Position numbers and translations under genes: made by a program. From positions 6,138,001 through 6,202,000 of the forward strand of contig OZ116708.1 of the NCBI GenBank assembly GCA_964199315.1: a DNA stretch of 64,000 bases, given 5' to 3'. Source of the stretch: Orbicella franksi. Lineage: Eukaryota. This document shows positions 61,481 to 64,000 of this stretch, one piece after another. The notes under the pieces were generated by a model. The model was not told the origin of the DNA and ran no database searches. It was given only the letters and a program-made list of their open reading frames with translations. The stretch's first letter is position 1. The number at the start of each line of letters is the position of its first letter.

Positions 61481-63333
61481 CACCATGATTATACATTCTG
61501 TGATTTTTTTATTCATTTTTTTTAACAGGACTGGCAAATGATTATATCTTGCGACCACAAAGCTCAGTAATTGTTTCATCATTCAATTAATATTTGCGTA
61601 CTGAGTTAGTTAGTTTTCACAGTTGATGTCGGGAGGCGAGAGACGCGCTGCTTAGCTAAAGTGATACTTGATAACTTCTACATCCACGGAATGAATAAGA
61701 GATTTGATAAATTGCAGGGCTTCACACCAATTCACGTATGTTTTGATAGGAAAAATTAACAACTAAGTACCTGAAAATATCAAGGCTGGATCAAATACAT
61801 GAATTTCCATAGGTTTTTGAAGGCCATTGACTATGATATCCTGGTTTCCACTGCTTACGTTTAAACGCGAAATGCTCTTAGTATTCCAGTCTGTCCAGTA
61901 TAGCATGTCCTGGTACACCGCCAGTCCATAAGGATGGATATTAGCCGCAGATGACATTATTAACTGTCTGTTTCCTCCACTGAGGTCTGATACCTCAATT
62001 TTGTCAACCAAAGCATCCACCCAAAACAGTCGATTTGTCGCTGGGTCGATAGTGAGTCCATTTGGCCAGACTAGGTTTCCCGTTACAATGGTTTGTCTCG
62101 CCGAACCATCCATCTCAGCCTGCTCGATCTTCGGATTGGCGCCCCAGTCTGTCCAGTACATCATGCTGAAAGAAACAGCAAACATTATTCTTTCGGACGG
62201 CTAGCAGATGCTTCAATTACCTGCAGCTATTTAATTTGTCTGTTTTCCCAAGCTACTGTTTTTCTGGGAATGCTCGTTAACTCAAAGCTGACAGTTTTTT
62301 TTTTTGCTATTTTTTAGGCTGAAGATGTCGCACTGTATCACTTAGATATAAAATCTACGTGCAAAGGTTCTAATTTGATTGTTCCTTGAGCGACGTTCCC
62401 ATTCCAATAAATTCCAGTATAACAAACGAAGTGATAAGCTGCAACATTGCTTGCAATTTTGCTGATTTCCATAATCAACATTACAAAATGACCGGTTATT
62501 AAATAAATATTAACGAAACTGAGGTCTCTACGGGAAAATCTCCAACAGAGACCTTGCCGTATTGACCGGGCGATGGCAAGGTCAATATTGCAAGGCCGAG
62601 GTTTGAGAATTTCTCGTAAAGACCGAACGTTTGGGGTTAATAGGTTGCTTGTTATATGCATATGGCTTTTCACTACCCGTAATCGGCCAGTGGGCTACAC
62701 GGGAAAACAAAACTCACGTGCAGAGGTCACGGTTGCAATTCTAATTTCACTGTTTGTTGAAGGATGTTCCCATTTTACTATGTCTCACCCTAAACCAACG
62801 AGGTGATAAGCGGCAGCTATGCTTGCAGTATCGCTGATTTCCACAGTCAATATCATAAAATGACCAGCTATTAATAAAACTATCATATAAAATATCGCAG
62901 TTTTATACAGTAGCGAATGCATCTAACCCATTTCTTTCATCAAGTACAATGGCCCTGGGCTCATCCAGTCCATCTTTGATAAGCAGTTTCCTCCCAGTTC
63001 CATCAAGCAGTCCTACTTCAATCCTATTGGTTCCTGTATCTGTCCAATAAATGTTTCTTCCCACGTAGTCAATAGCTAAGCCGTCTGGCGTTTCAACATT
63101 GCAGCGAAACAAATTTTTCACTGAGGTGGCATTGAAAAACGCGCTGATGATTCGACCTTGAGCAATGTCTGACCAGTACACTCGATCTTCGACAGGGTCA
63201 TAGTCCAATGCAATTGGGCGCTGGGTCCCGAGATGATAAAACAAAGTCTGGGAGGTGAAGTAGTTCGTGTCCAAGGAAACATACTGGGTGGATTTGTCGT
63301 CAGCGTCGGCAAAAAGAAGAAACTTTTTGACCT
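8682..63333 (-). CDS. Giant LRP-like mosaic type I membrane receptor, 5'-partial, 58 exons visible, ~5,000 aa: 8x(YWTD propeller+EGF), 24 Sushi/CCP, 8 HYR, linker, ephrin-receptor-like Cys domain, TM, NPxY tail
   Basis: All 58 exons have AG/GT boundaries and chain in compatible phase (15,002 nt). YWTD/YWSD/FWAD motifs, 6-Cys EGF, 4-Cys CCP with W-S-G, HYR (TDNSG...[16 protein letters not shown]), hydrophobic TM followed by RKRR, stop at 8,682. Single-transcript status is inferred. Confidence 0.85.
10311..10485. mobile_element. dispersed MITE-like repeat; diverged second copy at ~52,500-52,690
   Basis: Shared core gcaaatttattggaa...acgtcatgtgaaaacg; recognised as a common anthozoan repeat (from memory). 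Confidence 0.5.
10943..11075 (-). CDS. exon e57: transmembrane exon, absent from the ORF track
   Basis: 133 nt, phase 1-2; ...[32 protein letters not shown]; acceptor ttttctag, donor gtaagt. Confidence 0.9.
11498..11656 (-). CDS. exon e56: ephrin-receptor-like Cys-rich (GCC2/GCC3) domain
   Basis: 159 nt, phase 1-1; CPLGYFFN...CQAC...[19 protein letters not shown]. Confidence 0.9.
12149..12628 (-). CDS. exon e55: ~160-aa membrane-proximal linker domain (SEA-like, uncertain)
   Basis: 480 nt open exon, phase 1-1, between the last Sushi and the GCC domain; contains an LRRRD basic cluster. Confidence 0.8.
13160..13548 (+). repeat. palindromic ~40/43-bp minisatellite (alternating dimer) in the left arm
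   Basis: Units gtgtaaattcattatttagaaataatgaatttcacctcgccga and gtgtaaatttattatttataaataatgaacttcactgagt. Confidence 0.9.
13874..14074. mobile_element. MITE with ~52-bp TIRs (AATAGACC..GGTCTATT), nested in the foldback spacer
   Basis: aatagacctttttcgcttgggcggtttgttg matches the reverse complement of caacaaaccgcccagtcgaaaaaggtctatt. Confidence 0.75.
14228..14404. mobile_element. MITE (CCTGCGAGCAGGCTC terminus family), nested in the foldback spacer
   Basis: Imperfect TIRs cctgcgagcaggctcacgtt / aacgtgagcctgttcgcagg. Confidence 0.65.
14800..15185 (-). repeat. same minisatellite, inverted, in the right arm
   Basis: Reverse complement of the left-arm array, with a different unit arrangement. Confidence 0.9.
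15951..16139 (-). CDS. exon e54: Sushi/CCP-like
   Basis: 189 nt, phase 1-1; [17 protein letters not shown]...[11 protein letters not shown]...[17 protein letters not shown]. Confidence 0.88.
16200..16240 (+). mobile_element. 3' tail fragment of the same SINE family
   Basis: gatgggccacttggctcgtaagcagtctttaccttt matches the tail of the 1.1-1.3 kb SINE. Confidence 0.6.
16265..16431. mobile_element. MITE (AATAGCCC..GGGCTATT)
   Basis: Terminal and subterminal inverted repeats (ttttctcatttgcattaca / tgtaatgcaaatgagaaaa) plus an internal palindrome. Confidence 0.7.
16935..17171 (-). CDS. exon e53: HYR domain, absent from the ORF track
   Basis: 237 nt, phase 1-1; [12 protein letters not shown]...ATDNVG...[23 protein letters not shown]. 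Confidence 0.9.
17186..17282 (+). repeat. A/C-rich low-complexity tract (AAAC-like); similar tract at ~11,335-11,485
   Basis: Seen directly; forms a T/G-rich stretch next to a splice site on the minus strand. Confidence 0.8.
17744..17986 (-). CDS. exon e52: HYR domain
   Basis: 243 nt, phase 1-1; [12 protein letters not shown]...[17 protein letters not shown]. Confidence 0.9.
18626..18829 (-). CDS. exon e51: Sushi/CCP
   Basis: 204 nt, phase 1-1; [19 protein letters not shown]. Confidence 0.9.
19172..19351 (-). CDS. exon e50: Sushi/CCP, absent from the ORF track
   Basis: 180 nt, phase 1-1; [20 protein letters not shown]...[28 protein letters not shown]. Confidence 0.9.
19753..20001 (-). CDS. 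exon e49: HYR domain
   Basis: 249 nt, phase 1-1; [12 protein letters not shown]...[15 protein letters not shown]. Confidence 0.9.
20247..20444 (-). CDS. exon e48: Sushi/CCP
   Basis: 198 nt, phase 1-1; [28 protein letters not shown]. Confidence 0.9.
20916..21101 (-). CDS. exon e47: Sushi/CCP (AIRC type)
   Basis: 186 nt, phase 1-1. Confidence 0.9.
21400..21594 (-). CDS. exon e46: Sushi/CCP (VINCT type)
   Basis: 195 nt, phase 1-1. Confidence 0.9.
21686..21937 (-). CDS. exon e45: HYR domain
   Basis: 252 nt, phase 1-1. Confidence 0.9.
21995..22455 (+). repeat. degenerate ~85-bp satellite, about 5 units
   Basis: Recurring catgtggt...gtacaaggtg..tcta.ctttta..ccattc; resembles a widespread coral satellite (from memory). 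Confidence 0.55.
22502..22684 (-). CDS. exon e44: Sushi/CCP (AITCP type)
   Basis: 183 nt, phase 1-1. Confidence 0.9.
22988..23173 (-). CDS. exon e43: Sushi/CCP (AVTCP type)
   Basis: 186 nt, phase 1-1. Confidence 0.9.
23533..23706 (-). CDS. exon e42: Sushi/CCP (VNRCP type)
   Basis: 174 nt, phase 1-1. Confidence 0.9.
24326..24454 (-). CDS. exon e41: EGF-like
   Basis: 129 nt, phase 1-1; [26 protein letters not shown]. Confidence 0.9.
24672..24817. mobile_element. MITE (GCGGTTTTCAATT..AATTGAAAACC); paralog at ~42,460-42,625
   Basis: Imperfect terminal inverted repeats. Confidence 0.5.
25031..25425 (-). CDS. exon e40: YWTD propeller C, second half (copy 1)
   Basis: 395 nt, phase 2-1. Confidence 0.92.
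25825..26248 (-). CDS. exon e39: YWTD propeller C, first half (copy 1)
   Basis: 424 nt, phase 1-2. Confidence 0.92.
26427..26552 (-). CDS. exon e38: EGF-like
   Basis: 126 nt, phase 1-1; [26 protein letters not shown]. Confidence 0.9.
26666..27060 (-). CDS. exon e37: YWTD propeller B, second half (copy 1)
   Basis: 395 nt, phase 2-1. Confidence 0.92.
27492..27568 (+). repeat. 14-bp tandem repeat AATATGAATAGTTA x~5 (paralog at 45,344-45,423)
   Basis: Seen directly. Confidence 0.9.
27700..28790 (-). mobile_element. Crypton-type (DUF3504/ZMYM-like tyrosine recombinase) relic, copy 1; boundaries approximate
   Basis: Frameshifted translation [48 protein letters not shown]...[15 protein letters not shown]; hairpin at 27,717-27,854. 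Confidence 0.75.
28214..28274 (-). mobile_element. 61-bp retroposon 3' tail inserted in the Crypton ORF (paralog at ~46,065-46,125)
   Basis: AATAAA plus (TATC)n tail; 6-bp TSD CTTGGT; removing it restores YEPPSLRG. Confidence 0.7.
29333..29738 (-). CDS. exon e36: YWTD propeller B, first half (copy 1)
   Basis: 406 nt, phase 1-2. Confidence 0.92.
30350..30475 (-). CDS. exon e35: EGF-like
   Basis: 126 nt, phase 1-1; [26 protein letters not shown]. Confidence 0.9.
30982..31773 (-). CDS. exon e34: complete YWTD propeller A (copy 1)
   Basis: 792 nt, phase 1-1. Confidence 0.93.
32423..32608 (-). CDS. exon e33: Sushi/CCP (VVRC type)
   Basis: 186 nt, phase 1-1. Confidence 0.9.
32755..32940 (-). 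CDS. exon e32: Sushi/CCP (AIRC type)
   Basis: 186 nt, phase 1-1. Confidence 0.9.
33026..33173 (+). repeat. 5' LTR (148 bp)
   Basis: Starts TGCTATG, ends ACAACA; direct repeat of 37,301-37,446. Confidence 0.95.
33235..37248 (+). pseudogene. gag-pol polyprotein, disrupted
   Basis: Gag CCHC knuckles, protease LDTGS, RT (CILDD), RNase H (ACDAS), integrase (HEGH..CTGC, HIDFAGP, SDNG). In-frame TGA at 34,699 replaces the Arg of VRICGDYK; frameshifts and a stop at ~35,850-36,000. Confidence 0.93.
37301..37446 (+). repeat. 3' LTR (146 bp)
   Basis: Follows the PPT; ~5 substitutions and 2 small indels versus the 5' LTR. Confidence 0.95.
37789..37983 (-). CDS. exon e31: Sushi/CCP (VINCT type)
   Basis: 195 nt, phase 1-1. 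Confidence 0.88.
38212..38463 (-). CDS. exon e30: HYR domain
   Basis: 252 nt, phase 1-1. Confidence 0.9.
38953..39138 (-). CDS. exon e29: Sushi/CCP (VVRC type)
   Basis: 186 nt, phase 1-1. Confidence 0.9.
39270..39455 (-). CDS. exon e28: Sushi/CCP (AIRC type), absent from the ORF track
   Basis: 186 nt, phase 1-1, donor GTTTGA; [30 protein letters not shown]...WSGQTSYCQ. Confidence 0.85.
39900..40094 (-). CDS. exon e27: Sushi/CCP (VINCT type)
   Basis: 195 nt, phase 1-1. Confidence 0.9.
40339..40590 (-). CDS. exon e26: HYR domain
   Basis: 252 nt, phase 1-1. Confidence 0.9.
41351..41524 (-). CDS. exon e25: Sushi/CCP (VNRCP type)
   Basis: 174 nt, phase 1-1. Confidence 0.9.
42098..42226 (-). 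CDS. exon e24: EGF-like
   Basis: 129 nt, phase 1-1. Confidence 0.9.
42832..43226 (-). CDS. exon e23: YWTD propeller C, second half (copy 2)
   Basis: 395 nt, phase 2-1. Confidence 0.92.
43658..44081 (-). CDS. exon e22: YWTD propeller C, first half (copy 2)
   Basis: 424 nt, phase 1-2. Confidence 0.92.
44266..44391 (-). CDS. exon e21: EGF-like
   Basis: 126 nt, phase 1-1; [26 protein letters not shown]. Confidence 0.9.
44505..44899 (-). CDS. exon e20: YWTD propeller B, second half (copy 2)
   Basis: 395 nt, phase 2-1. Confidence 0.92.
45550..46640 (-). mobile_element. Crypton-type relic, copy 2; boundaries approximate
   Basis: Paralog of 27,700-28,790 within the segmental duplication. Confidence 0.75.
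47184..47589 (-). CDS. exon e19: YWTD propeller B, first half (copy 2)
   Basis: 406 nt, phase 1-2. Confidence 0.92.
48202..48327 (-). CDS. exon e18: EGF-like
   Basis: 126 nt, phase 1-1; [26 protein letters not shown]. Confidence 0.9.
48833..49624 (-). CDS. exon e17: complete YWTD propeller A (copy 2)
   Basis: 792 nt, phase 1-1; IFWSD, LYWTD, MIWTD, IFWVD, LFFTD. Confidence 0.93.
50274..50459 (-). CDS. exon e16: Sushi/CCP (VVRC type)
   Basis: 186 nt, phase 1-1. Confidence 0.9.
50607..50792 (-). CDS. exon e15: Sushi/CCP (AIRC type)
   Basis: 186 nt, phase 1-1. Confidence 0.9.
51205..51399 (-). CDS. exon e14: Sushi/CCP (VINCT type)
   Basis: 195 nt, phase 1-1. Confidence 0.9.
51483..51742 (-). 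mobile_element. Penelope-like pLTR fragment inserted in intron e13-e14
   Basis: 13-bp direct repeat TATCTTAGCTTTT flanks it; absent from the paralogous intron at ~38,060; CTGATGA..CCGAAACGTC motif; ~21-bp internal inverted repeat. Confidence 0.55.
51902..52153 (-). CDS. exon e13: HYR domain
   Basis: 252 nt, phase 1-1. Confidence 0.9.
52790..52972 (-). CDS. exon e12: Sushi/CCP (AITCP type), absent from the ORF track
   Basis: 183 nt, phase 1-1; [36 protein letters not shown]...CLQSGQWSG. Confidence 0.9.
53224..53409 (-). CDS. exon e11: Sushi/CCP (AVTCP type), absent from the ORF track
   Basis: 186 nt, phase 1-1; translated by hand: [20 protein letters not shown]...[32 protein letters not shown]. 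Confidence 0.9.
53977..54168 (-). CDS. exon e10: Sushi/CCP (VINCT type)
   Basis: 192 nt, phase 1-1; [19 protein letters not shown]. Confidence 0.9.
54796..55047 (-). CDS. exon e9: HYR domain
   Basis: 252 nt, phase 1-1; VATDNSG...[21 protein letters not shown]. Confidence 0.9.
56010..56178 (-). mobile_element. second tRNA-derived SINE family, degenerate
   Basis: A-box TGACCGAGTGG, anticodon-loop-like TTTGAAA, B-box GGTTCAAAT on the minus strand. Confidence 0.6.
56198..56380 (-). CDS. exon e8: Sushi/CCP (AITCP type)
   Basis: 183 nt, phase 1-1; CVFGCQSGY...[10 protein letters not shown]. Confidence 0.9.
56735..56908 (-). CDS. exon e7: Sushi/CCP (VNRCP type)
   Basis: 174 nt, phase 1-1; [27 protein letters not shown]. 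Confidence 0.9.
57293..57421 (-). CDS. exon e6: EGF-like
   Basis: 129 nt, phase 1-1; [26 protein letters not shown]. Confidence 0.9.
57906..58140. mobile_element. MITE-like element (TAGACT..AGTCTA)
   Basis: Short imperfect TIR; no TSD seen. Confidence 0.4.
58346..58743 (-). CDS. exon e5: YWTD propeller C, second half (copy 3)
   Basis: 398 nt, phase 2-1; LYWCD, LYWSDW. Confidence 0.9.
59158..59581 (-). CDS. exon e4: YWTD propeller C, first half (copy 3)
   Basis: 424 nt, phase 1-2; IYWTD twice. Confidence 0.92.
59696..60517. mobile_element. non-autonomous TIR element (AATAGGGA..TCCCTATT), 49-bp TIRs
   Basis: aatagggagtttaagcaaatcactacggctgg versus the reverse complement at 60,469-60,517, few mismatches. 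Confidence 0.75.
61206..61331 (-). CDS. exon e3: EGF-like
   Basis: 126 nt, phase 1-1; [26 protein letters not shown]. Confidence 0.9.
61428..61477 (+). repeat. (TA)n microsatellite
   Basis: Seen directly. Confidence 0.95.
61771..62165 (-). CDS. exon e2: YWTD propeller B, second half (copy 3)
   Basis: 395 nt, phase 2-1; [25 protein letters not shown]. Confidence 0.92.
62523..62624. repeat. long hairpin of a dispersed repeat, same architecture as 4,680-4,776
   Basis: ggtctctacgggaaaatctc..ccttgccgtattgacc / ggtcaatattgcaagg..gagaatttctcgtaaagacc. Confidence 0.6.
62928..63333 (-). CDS. exon e1: YWTD propeller B, first half (copy 3)
   Basis: 406 nt, phase 1-2; [22 protein letters not shown]. 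Confidence 0.9.
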
Positions 63334-64000
63334 CTGTAATAAGGATGAGAAAGATTTGGTCAGCTTTGCGACTCAAAAACAGGCAGCAAGCTGTGTTGTT
63401 GTTGTTTATTTCTTTACAAAAATACTTTTTTAGGCGCTTTGCGTTTTTGCTTTACGGCTAGGCGCTATAACGTAACCCATTTTAGTCCACTGTTGATAAA
63501 ACAATCGGAAGAGAGAATATGACTCTTGCGGGAAGAATGTCCTTGAGAATTGCGCGTAATTAGACTTTCATTTGTATGTTGCTATTTAGTGAATGGGCTA
63601 TTTTACGTTTCCGGTATCTTATTGACTCCTTGTGTTTCGGTAAAGACGTAATAACTTTCACGAGCATGCCACAGTCGATTTACACCGAACATGTTGCAGA
63701 GTCAAATATTACTTCATTATAAATTTATTCTTCGTCAAGAAGAATTCACTCTAGACACTCGCATTCTATTGGCTCATAAACGGTGAGATTGAATGGCTTC
63801 ACGTCCTAGCATGCGCCGAACAATATATAAAACTACTCATTTGAAATGTTGGAACGCAGCATACAAATATCTGCACATTACTCTGTTTAAAGAGGAGAAA
63901 TGACTCGTTACCATTCTTGCTCTGTTACGACATCTGAGCGTGTGAGTTTTAACAGCTATTTGGCGGCATGTTCGTAACAACTCGATTGAAAGCAAATATG

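Noticed and set aside
8682-63333. Naming the gene LRP5/6, LRP4, LRP2 or SVEP1
   Set aside because: No LDL-A repeats, PPPSP motifs, vWA or pentraxin domains are visible. The architecture matches none of these, so no symbol was given.

Overview
Eukaryotic, intron-rich, AT-rich genomic DNA. It is most likely from a stony coral or other anthozoan; this is inferred from repeat families I recognise, not shown directly. Most of the window (8,682-63,333, minus strand, 5' end beyond the window) is one giant mosaic receptor gene. I traced 58 exons by hand, all AG..GT and phase-compatible: 15,002 nt, about 5,000 aa, no internal stop found. It encodes 8 LDL-receptor-type YWTD beta-propeller/EGF pairs, 24 Sushi/CCP, 8 HYR, a ~160-aa linker domain, an ephrin-receptor-like Cys-rich (GCC) domain, one TM helix, and a tail with NPxY, tandem YxxL and a C-terminal S-E-V motif. 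The gene grew by tandem duplication of a propeller+Sushi/HYR super-module: two young copies offset by ~17.85 kb and one older copy. Introns hold a disabled Ty3/Gypsy LTR element (TSD confirmed by the empty paralogous site), a 2.6-kb foldback element with TATGG termini and a 6-bp TSD (IS3EU-like), Crypton-type recombinase relics, a Penelope-like insertion with a hammerhead-like motif, SINEs and many MITEs. Positions 1-8,600 are mostly repeats and intergenic DNA. No CRISPR, rRNA or bona fide tRNA gene was seen. All coordinates were read by eye.
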